From the NCBI GenBank assembly GCA_049589875.1, contig JBAWBR010000045.1, positions 743-64,742 of the forward strand: a stretch of 64,000 nt of DNA, in the 5' to 3' direction. The notes under the pieces are model-generated. The model had not been told where the DNA came from and made no database searches. It saw only the letters and a list, made by a program, of their open reading frames with translations. Origin of the DNA: Terriglobales bacterium (lineage in GTDB: Bacteria; Acidobacteriota; Terriglobia; Terriglobales; Acidobacteriaceae). A program made the position numbers and the translations under genes. Positions 38,378 to 45,793 of the stretch are shown piece after piece. Position 1 is the first letter of the stretch, and the number at the start of each line of letters is the position of its first letter.

Positions 38378-38492
38378 AATGTGGACTTGGAAGTCCTGAG
38401 CGCGATCTGCGAACCCGGAATCGGGCAATGTTATGCGGGATAAGGGGCTAAGTCAATGCTCACGCGCCTGCTATTCATCCGTCAAACCTGCT

Positions 38493-39482
38493 ATGCGATA
38501 CCTGGTTGCTCTCCTGCTAATTGCCGTTGTAGCCGGCGCGCAACCCGCGGCCCAGTCGCCGCAATTGTCGCAGGTGCCGCAAAAAGACGCGGTGCGCATC
38601 GCCGAATTTTACCGGCTCGAAGCGCAAATTGCCGCGCAGGTCTGGCCAGGGTGGGAGAAGACTCCCGCGCCGCTATTGCTGACCACGGACGACTCCGAAT
38701 TCCTCTTCCAATACCCCGATCCACCCAGGGATTTCAAAAAAGTCTCTGCCGGTGTTTACGCCCGCCCACGCCAATTCCCAAAGAATTTGTTAGCGACGTT
38801 CCCCGCATTCGGAGCGCAGTCGGTCATCGTGATTGGCGAGGCGGAAAACACTGACGCCAGGACCAGCACGCCGTGGCTGATCACGTTAATGCACGAGCAC
38901 TTTCATCAATTGCAGGATGGCCAGCCCGGCATCTTCGAAGCGGAGAAGGCGCTCGGGCTGGCACACGGCGACGACACCGGAATGTGGATGCTCAACTATC
39001 CCTTCCCTTATGACAAGCCTGAGCTGGTGCGCTCGTTTGCCGCGCTGCGCGATTTGCTGCTCGCCGCATTGAGCGAGACTGATGAAGAGAAGTTTCGCGC
39101 ACTGACCACACACTACATCGCCGAACGCGAGAAATTCCTCGCGCAGCTTTCTGCCGACGATCGCAAGTATCTCGGCTTTGAAATTTGGAAAGAAGGAATC
39201 GCGCGTTACGTACAAGTGAAATCGGCGGAAGCCGCGGCGCAATATCGGCCCACGCCGGAGTATGCCGCGCTCGCCGACTATGAGTCCTTCGAGAGCTATG
39301 CCAAACATGCCCGCGCCGATACTCGGAAGGAGTTGAAAGAGGCCGACCTAGCCAAATGGAAGCGTGTAGTCGTCTATTCCTTCGGAGCCAGTGAAGGTTT
39401 CCTCTTAGATCGTCTGAACCCGAAGTGGAAGGACGGCTACTTCCAGCATCCGTTCACAATCGATTCTCACTTCGGACGGTAA
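38493..39482 (+). CDS. Secreted putative zinc metallopeptidase (HExxH ... EGxAxY, MA-clan-like)
   Basis: It has a signal peptide (MRYLVALLLIAVVAGAQP) and HEHFH at nt 38892-38906. EIWKEGIARY lies ~90 aa downstream, which resembles the Peptidase_MA_2 arrangement. The family assignment is tentative. Confidence 0.55.
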   Translation: MRYLVALLLIAVVAGAQPAAQSPQLSQVPQKDAVRIAEFYRLEAQIAAQVWPGWEKTPAPLLLTTDDSEFLFQYPDPPRDFKKVSAGVYARPRQFPKNLLATFPAFGAQSVIVIGEAENTDARTSTPWLITLMHEHFHQLQDGQPGIFEAEKALGLAHGDDTGMWMLNYPFPYDKPELVRSFAALRDLLLAALSETDEEKFRALTTHYIAEREKFLAQLSADDRKYLGFEIWKEGIARYVQVKSAEAAAQYRPTPEYAALADYESFESYAKHARADTRKELKEADLAKWKRVVVYSFGASEGFLLDRLNPKWKDGYFQHPFTIDSHFGR

Positions 39483-39496
39483 AACTGTGGGCGGCG

Positions 39497-39522
39497 CTGG
39501 AAAAGTGGGCTCAGTTTTCCAG
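39497..39522. terminator. Hairpin between convergent genes (possible terminator)
   Basis: CTGGAAAA (39497-504) pairs with TTTTCCAG (39515-22) across a 10-nt loop. There is no strong external T-tract. Confidence 0.3.
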
Positions 39523-39540
39523 AGTAGCTATCGAATAGAG

Positions 39541-40041
39541 TCATTGCTGCCGATTCTTGCGACGCTTCCTCACTTCTTCCTCGTTTGCTAAGAATGGTCC
39601 ACGCATATCTCTGCCGATTTTCGAGCTTGCGTCTTCCATCTGCTTACGCGCCCAGATGCCCATCCTGAGAATCCACTGAAATTCCTCCGGCGAATAAAAC
39701 CAGCGACACCCATTGCAGAGGCCATGCGCCGCGAGAAAGTTATCAAGCGATTCCCCTCCGCCGGAGGCGACGGGCACAACATGGTCAACTACAAAATGAA
39801 GCGCAAGTTCACGTTCTTGGGCTAGCTCACCAATGGCAACTTCGCTCAGATTGCCGCCGCAGAGATGGCAATGCCCTCCAGTCTTGTTGAACACTTCCTT
39901 GCGTTCGTCGGGGGTGAGCCGACGGCGCCGTTCCTGTTCTTCCTCTTTGCGCTTCGCTTTGTCAGTTCTCCGCTTCCCATGAAGGAACTTAAGGTGCTTC
40001 GTTAGTTCCTCATCCGATTGCGGGAGTTGAATCTCATTCAT
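39541..40041 (-). CDS. HNH endonuclease-domain protein
   Basis: GGHCHLCGG...HFVVDHVVPVASGGGESLDNFLAAHGLCNGCR is an HNH beta-beta-alpha-metal motif with CxxC pairs. The N- and C-terminal tails are highly basic and acidic. I set the start at ATG 40041. Confidence 0.8.
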   Translation of the reverse strand: MNEIQLPQSDEELTKHLKFLHGKRRTDKAKRKEEEQERRRRLTPDERKEVFNKTGGHCHLCGGNLSEVAIGELAQERELALHFVVDHVVPVASGGGESLDNFLAAHGLCNGCRWFYSPEEFQWILRMGIWARKQMEDASSKIGRDMRGPFLANEEEVRKRRKNRQQ

Positions 40042-40063
40042 GTATCCCACCTCTCGCGGCGCA

Positions 40064-40091
40064 ATTATAGTAGCCCGTAGTCGGGCGGCAA
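40064..40091 (-). promoter_or_regulatory. Sigma70-like promoter candidate for the HNH gene
   Basis: On the minus strand this reads TTGCCG (40091-86), 16 nt, TATAAT (40069-64). It lies ~22 nt upstream of the ATG, and GAGGTGGG is a plausible SD. Confidence 0.3.
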
Positions 40092-40170
40092 ATGGAGTGA
40101 TACGCGGCAGTAGGATTCCTGTTTTACGGATGCTCCCGCTGTTGCCGTCAATGCACAATATCGGAGGCAG

Positions 40171-41133
40171 CTAGTTCTTTCTCGCCACCAGAAACTTCGC
40201 TAACTCTCTCAGCGTCGCTGCGCGTTCACCAAACGGATCTAACTGCCCGCACGCCTTCTCAACCAGCGCATCCGCCTTGCGCAGAGATTCTTCCACTCCA
40301 AACAGCGCAGGGTAGGTCGCTTTTTCAGCGGCAGTGTCTTTCCCCGCCGTCTTTCCAAGTTGTTCGGAGGTCTGAGTTACATCAAGCACGTCATCCACAA
40401 TCTGAAACGCTAATCCAATCGACTGGCCGTAGATTCGCACGCGCTCAATATCTTCGGCAGTGCCACCTGCATACATCGCCCCGCTTACCACGCTGGCGGT
40501 GAGCAACGCCGCGGTCTTCGATCGATGAATATACTCAAGCGTCGCCAGATCTGGCTTTTTGTGCTCTGCTTCCAGATCGACCACCTGCCCGCCAATCATG
40601 CCGTCGATTGTGCCAGTAGCGTGCGCGATTTCGCGTATGATCGCGACCCGCGCCTCGGCCGGACACTTGATCTGCGCCAGCACCTCATAGGCCTGCGTCT
40701 GCAAAGCATCGCCCGCCAGAATCGCGGTTGCCTCGCCGAAGGCCTTATGACATGTCGGGCGGCCGCGCCGCAGGTCGTCGTTATCGAGCGCCGGCAGATC
40801 GTCGTGAATCAGCGAATAGGTGTGAAGCATTTCGAGCGCCGCACCGAGCTGTTCAATCCCCGCCGGCAGTGGCGCGATTTCGGTGGAAAACTCCGAGGCA
40901 TAGCAGGGACTGCTCGCTACGGCCGCGGCACGGGATTCCCGCGCCAGCGCTACAGCCGTGATCATGCGCCCCGCTTCCATGCACAATATGGGGCGCAGCC
41001 GCTTGCCGCCGGCGAACACGCTATGCCGCATTGCCTGATGAATGGACGTGGGATGTTGCGCGGCCGGTGGCAAAAGCTGTTCAAGCGCGGCGTCCGCCGC
41101 GGCGCGTTCCTCATCGAGAATCTGTTTCAGCAT
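40171..41133 (-). CDS. ispA: Polyprenyl diphosphate synthase (farnesyl/geranylgeranyl diphosphate synthase)
   Basis: The first DDxxD motif is LIHDDLPALDNDDLRRG and the second is FQIVDDVLD. GKRLRP is also present. I set the start at ATG 41133. Confidence 0.9.
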   Translation of the reverse strand: MLKQILDEERAAADAALEQLLPPAAQHPTSIHQAMRHSVFAGGKRLRPILCMEAGRMITAVALARESRAAAVASSPCYASEFSTEIAPLPAGIEQLGAALEMLHTYSLIHDDLPALDNDDLRRGRPTCHKAFGEATAILAGDALQTQAYEVLAQIKCPAEARVAIIREIAHATGTIDGMIGGQVVDLEAEHKKPDLATLEYIHRSKTAALLTASVVSGAMYAGGTAEDIERVRIYGQSIGLAFQIVDDVLDVTQTSEQLGKTAGKDTAAEKATYPALFGVEESLRKADALVEKACGQLDPFGERAATLRELAKFLVARKN

Positions 41134-41267
41134 CGCATGGCAGTATAACAATTGCGCTTGCGGGAGGATTGAGCGCCCAGCCTACGCGATGGCCTTTTTT
41201 CTGAGATGGCCTTTTTTCTGAAATGAGCGGCGGGGATTAATGCCCAACCTCAACCGCCGTCACACCG

Positions 41268-41300
41268 GAAAATAACAAAGGACGCCCGCAGGCGTCCTTT
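41268..41300 (-). terminator. Rho-independent terminator after the receiver-like gene
   Basis: A 10-bp stem (AAAGGACGCC at 41277-86, GGCGTCCTTT at 41291-300) has a 4-nt loop. On the minus strand it is followed by GTTATTTT. Confidence 0.55.
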
Positions 41301-41317
41301 GCCGCAATACGATCCCT

Positions 41318-41680
41318 TCAGGCAGCTGCATGCTGGCCGCATTCGTGCAACACCGAGCGGACGACGACTTCATTGCGCGGCTCGCAGACATCCGCCGCGC
41401 CCTGGTTCAGCGCCTGCGCCCACAGCCGTTCATCGGCCAGCCGATGAGTGCCTACAATACACAGCGACGGGAACTCGTGGTGCAAAAGCGCAATCTCACC
41501 CGGCTGACACTTTTCCATGTCGAGAATCAGCACATCGGCATGCGTGCCTGTAATGGCCGGACGTACCTCGTCATACCTCGAAGCCAGTCTTACTGATTCG
41601 AAATGCTGCGAGAGACTGACCACTAAGGCTTGCGCAGCTCTGGGGTCATTCTGATAGACGACTAGTTTGCGTGGTTCCAT
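41318..41680 (-). CDS. Receiver-like (pseudo-receiver) single-domain protein
   Basis: The fold pattern is receiver-like (KLVVYQND...VLILDMEK...CIVGTH...). The N-terminal acidic pair is replaced by QND, and the conserved Lys-Pro position reads EP. ATG 41680 follows AAGGGGGA. Confidence 0.6.
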   Translation of the reverse strand: MEPRKLVVYQNDPRAAQALVVSLSQHFESVRLASRYDEVRPAITGTHADVLILDMEKCQPGEIALLHHEFPSLCIVGTHRLADERLWAQALNQGAADVCEPRNEVVVRSVLHECGQHAAA

Positions 41681-41773
41681 ACGTTCCCCCTTGATGCGCC
41701 GCTGCACGCGGCGGCCTTTGGCTGGGACAGCGAACCGCTACCACAGGCGTTATCGAATCCGATCTGGATTGCG

Positions 41774-42010
41774 TTACTTGCGCAACGCTTTCTCGGCCGG
41801 GGGCTCGAATGGTTCAGCTTGAAGTTTTCCGTTCTGCTTCAGCAGAATCTCTACTTTTCCTTCCGCTTCCTCCAGCTGTTTCCGGCAGGATGCGGATAGC
41901 TGCATGCCTTCTTCAAACAAAGTTAGAGATTTCTCCAATGGAACCTCACCTTTCTCCAGTTCCAGAACTATCTTCTCTAACCGTTCCAGGCAATCTTCAA
42001 ACTTCACCAA
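41774..42010 (-). CDS. xseB: Exodeoxyribonuclease VII small subunit
   Basis: FEDCLERLEKIVLELEKGEVPLEKSLTLFEEGMQLSASCRKQLEEAEGKV is the typical XseB sequence pattern. Confidence 0.85.
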   Translation of the reverse strand: MVKFEDCLERLEKIVLELEKGEVPLEKSLTLFEEGMQLSASCRKQLEEAEGKVEILLKQNGKLQAEPFEPPAEKALRK

Positions 42011-42134
42011 TCCATTTGCTCCTGTCTATATTGTAATGCCGTTTTACTCGGGAGATGTCCAGTTAAATTTGATCGAAGCTATAACTTGTTGGCATAGTCG
42101 AATCCCAAACTGGATAGTCGACGGTGTTGCGAAA

Positions 42135-44003
42135 TTATGCGGGAGTGCTCCGGCTGGAATTGGACCCCAGCGCCTCCAGCACATCCACTGCCGAAGTGTA
42201 ACGGCCAAGCGGCGCGCTGATCTGCGCCCCCTGCACACGGTCGCGCACCGCCTGCAGCATCTCCCGTGCAATCGCTACCCCTTCCTCGCGCGCGGCTTCG
42301 GGTGTGGCGGCCTTCAACATGCGATTGAGAATCTCATCGGGCACGGAGACTCGCAGTTCGTTCTTCATGAACTCGGCGTTGCGGGCGCTGGTCAGCGGCC
42401 ATATCCCTGCGACCACAGGAATGCGGCAGTGCTCGATGCGCTTCAAGAAGTTCTCTAACAATCTGATGTCAAATACCGGCTGCGTAACCACATACTCGGC
42501 CCCAGCCTGAACTTTGTACTCGAAGCGTTTGATCTCTTCATCCAGATTCGGCAGGCCGGGATTAGCGCCCACTCCAATCACAAAGCCGGTTCCGACTCCA
42601 ATCGGATTGCCGCCCAGATCCATGCCGCTGTTCAGATTGCGAACAATGTTTACCAGGCCAATGGAATCTACATCGAAGACGGCCGTCGCATCGGGATAGT
42701 TGCCCATCTTCGGTGGATCGCCCGTGATGCAGATCAGGTTATGAATGCCGGTGGCGGCAGCGCCCAGCAGATCCGATTGAATGCCCAGCACGTTGCGGTC
42801 GCGGCAGGTGTAATGCAGAATCGCTTCAATACCCACCGCCTGTTGCATCAGCAGCGAGAGCGCCTGATTGCTCATGCGCGCCGAGGCGCGGGGGCTGTCG
42901 GGAATATTCACCGCATCCACGCCCACCGATTTCACGAACTTCGCCCCTTCAACCTCCTTGCGGACGTCGATCCCCTTGGGAGGCACAATCTCAACCATGG
43001 TGATGAATTCGCCGGCGGCAATTTTAGCGCCGAGGCGGGAGCGCTTTTCCAGCGGAATACTCACCGGGATCGATGGTGCGGCTGCGGAATGAGCCCCCGC
43101 GGATTGCGCGGAATGACCGCGCGCGCCCTGCACCCGCAGCGACGATTTCATGGCATGGATGTGCTCCGGCGTGGTCCCGCAGCACCCTCCCACCAGTTGC
43201 ACGCCCGCCGCTACAAACTTGCGGGTGTAACTCGCCATGTATTCCGGAGAGCATAAATAAATGTTGCGCCCTTCAACCGAGCGCGGCATTCCGGCGTTTG
43301 GCTGCGCGGAGAGTGGCAGGGAAGTCGCCGCTCGCACCCGCTCGATCGCGTCCAGCATGGCCACCGGTCCGACGCTGCAGTTGATGCCAAGCACGTCCAC
43401 TTTCCATTCCGTGAGGCGGGCGGCAAAGGCTTCGGGATCGGCGCCATCCAGGCAGATTCCGTCTTCGTCGATGGTGACCTGTGCGACGATTGGAATTTGC
43501 GAATCGACTTCGCGGCAGGCCAGCACTGCCTGATGCAGTTCCTCAATGTAGCCGAAGGTCTCAAGCATCAGCAGATCGACGCCGCCCTCCACCAGCGCGG
43601 CCACCTGCTCCCGAAAAGACGACCGTGCTTCCTCGAACGACGTTTTGCCCAAAGGCTCAATTCGAATGCCCAGTGGCCCAACCGAGCCGGCAACCCAGCC
43701 TCCAAAGCTCTTCGCTGCTTCGCGAGCCACATGCGCCCCAGCTATGTTGATGTCGCGAAGATGGCCAGCCAGGCTGTGGCGAGCCAGCCGGAAACTATTA
43801 GCCCCGAAGGTGTTGGTTTCAATGATCTCCGCCCCAGCTTGAAGATACTCATGGTGAACGGCGCGAATCAGTTCAGGCTGCGAAACATTGAGTTCGTCGT
43901 AGCAGCGGTTGATGAATATGCCCTTGGCGTAGAGCAGCGTTCCCATGGCTCCGTCGCAGAGCACGGGGCCGCCCTGCAAGCGTTCCCGAAAGGTCTGGCC
44001 CAT
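42135..44003 (-). CDS. Bifunctional homocysteine S-methyltransferase / methylenetetrahydrofolate reductase
   Basis: The N-terminal Hcy-binding domain contains LCDGAMGT...ETNTFGAN...GGCCGTTPEHI. The C-terminal MTHFR domain contains VEIVPPKG...HYTCRDRN...ITGDPP. Confidence 0.9.
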   Translation of the reverse strand: MGQTFRERLQGGPVLCDGAMGTLLYAKGIFINRCYDELNVSQPELIRAVHHEYLQAGAEIIETNTFGANSFRLARHSLAGHLRDINIAGAHVAREAAKSFGGWVAGSVGPLGIRIEPLGKTSFEEARSSFREQVAALVEGGVDLLMLETFGYIEELHQAVLACREVDSQIPIVAQVTIDEDGICLDGADPEAFAARLTEWKVDVLGINCSVGPVAMLDAIERVRAATSLPLSAQPNAGMPRSVEGRNIYLCSPEYMASYTRKFVAAGVQLVGGCCGTTPEHIHAMKSSLRVQGARGHSAQSAGAHSAAAPSIPVSIPLEKRSRLGAKIAAGEFITMVEIVPPKGIDVRKEVEGAKFVKSVGVDAVNIPDSPRASARMSNQALSLLMQQAVGIEAILHYTCRDRNVLGIQSDLLGAAATGIHNLICITGDPPKMGNYPDATAVFDVDSIGLVNIVRNLNSGMDLGGNPIGVGTGFVIGVGANPGLPNLDEEIKRFEYKVQAGAEYVVTQPVFDIRLLENFLKRIEHCRIPVVAGIWPLTSARNAEFMKNELRVSVPDEILNRMLKAATPEAAREEGVAIAREMLQAVRDRVQGAQISAPLGRYTSAVDVLEALGSNSSRSTPA

Positions 44004-44172
44004 CTACATGAGAATACAGTAAGGCGACGGCGCTGGCACTCTCCATCAGGTCATATCTGCCGATGGATGCGAGGTTTGGACTGCTCCTTCTACAGCCGCC
44101 ATTTTTGCTTTGTTATAATCCCCTGTTCTCGCATCCAAGAAATTATCCCTTACCAAGTCTGGAGTTGTCGGC

Positions 44173-45600
44173 TTGAAAAAATTGCTGATCCCTGTAGTGT
44201 GGCTGATAATCACGGTGACTCTGCTCAGTTGCGGAAGCAGCGGCCCGAGCTCAAAAACCAGCGGAATCCCATACCGTGCCTTTGTCTCCAACTCCGTGGG
44301 CAATACGGGTTTGTTTATTGTCAACGCCGACGACGATCAGCACCCGCTCGGGTTAGCTCCCATTTCAGCGGGCCAGACGCCGGGGATGATGGTAGTAACG
44401 CCCAACCGGGCGCAGACGCTGGTATTCAGCGGCAGTAACACGCAGAGTTCGGACAACTCCTTCACCATCGTTAACAATTCCAGCGAAAGCAACGCTGCGC
44501 ACCTCACGCTGCCCGGTTATACCGAAAGCTTCGTCGTTTCGCCGGACAGCTCAACTGCCTATGTCGCGGTGCCAAATGCGCCGAACGTAGGAGGCCAATC
44601 ACCGGGCGGGATTGAGTTTGTCGCATTGAACAGCGGCAGCATGACCGGCGAGATTTTTATCCCATCCGTTCAAAACCTGGCCATCGATAACGCCGGCGAC
44701 CGCCTGCTGGCATTCAGCCGCAATGCCGATACGACGGATTCGCCATGTAGCTCTGCGGCCCCGTGCTTTCTGTTTGTAGTTGTCCCCAGCAATATTGGGA
44801 CGAATAACCCCGTAGTTACGCCCATTCCATCGGTGAATAACAGCAATAACTACAGTCTTGACCATCCTGTCACAGCCTATTTCAGCAGCGACGATAGCAC
44901 CGCTTATGTCGTGAATTGCGGCGCAGAGTGCGGCGGCACCCAGGCCAGCGTGCAACCCTTCAATATGTCGACCAATACGCCCGGGACACCTGTTTTTGTT
45001 CCGGCGGCCAGCGAAGAGTTGGTGGTGGGCTCGACTATGTATCTGGCGGGAACTCCTTACGCAAACGGAAGTCCTTCACAACCCTGCACAGGCCAGGTAA
45101 CCGCGGCGCCCACCTGCGGCTTGCTCACAATCTTTAATTTGAGCAGTATGACCGTGGCGAATTCAGCGCCAATCGTCATCACCGACGGCTATCACAACCG
45201 CATCGCCATGGGCGCCAACGGCCAGCTCTTCATTGGCTCCAAGACGTGCACCGAAATCATTCCTCCCACTCCTCCAACCCCGGGCGCGGAGGTGCGAGGC
45301 TGCCTCTCGATTTACAACACGCAGCCCATAGCCGTTGGAAGTGTCCAGCCGGGCGGCGTAGTGATTCCTCCCGAAAACGGAGACGTGACCGGAATCCAGC
45401 CCATCGGGACCCGCGATGTTGTTTACGTCGTGCAAGGCTATCCAACGCCAGGCGGATCGCTTTATATCTATTGCACAGTAGCCGATGGCAGTACGAGTTG
45501 CCCCGGGACCGATGTGCTGCAAAATGTCCCCGCGAACGAACCAGCCTATGCTCCCCTGATGGTCGGCAATTTCTACGATGTAAAGACAGTGGATTTCTAG
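44173..45600 (+). CDS. Hypothetical lipoprotein (beta-rich, possibly propeller-like)
   Basis: The TTG start follows GGAG. A lipobox is present (VTLLSCGSSG). The sequence is rich in S/T/G/N/V beta-strand-like stretches. I recognise no family. Confidence 0.6.
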   Translation: MKKLLIPVVWLIITVTLLSCGSSGPSSKTSGIPYRAFVSNSVGNTGLFIVNADDDQHPLGLAPISAGQTPGMMVVTPNRAQTLVFSGSNTQSSDNSFTIVNNSSESNAAHLTLPGYTESFVVSPDSSTAYVAVPNAPNVGGQSPGGIEFVALNSGSMTGEIFIPSVQNLAIDNAGDRLLAFSRNADTTDSPCSSAAPCFLFVVVPSNIGTNNPVVTPIPSVNNSNNYSLDHPVTAYFSSDDSTAYVVNCGAECGGTQASVQPFNMSTNTPGTPVFVPAASEELVVGSTMYLAGTPYANGSPSQPCTGQVTAAPTCGLLTIFNLSSMTVANSAPIVITDGYHNRIAMGANGQLFIGSKTCTEIIPPTPPTPGAEVRGCLSIYNTQPIAVGSVQPGGVVIPPENGDVTGIQPIGTRDVVYVVQGYPTPGGSLYIYCTVADGSTSCPGTDVLQNVPANEPAYAPLMVGNFYDVKTVDF

Positions 45601-45793
45601 ACAACCAGACAGTTGTTGACAGAGACACTCAGGTCATCGCGAAACGATGTTCCATTGCTTGTCCTGCTGCAGCCGAGCTTGTCCTGTTGCAGCCGAGACG
45701 CCCAGCTTCGGCGAAGGAAAATAACAGCTCCTGAACTCACTTTCATTTCGCCGCAAAATAACACCGCACTTTTAATGTTTGTTCCGCGGTAGG

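Noticed and set aside
44004-44172. A possible SAM or cobalamin riboswitch upstream of the homocysteine-methyltransferase/MTHFR gene.
   Set aside because: I could not find a B12-box or the conserved SAM-I/SAM-II cores on the minus strand by eye. Only an Rfam/Infernal scan could exclude divergent members.
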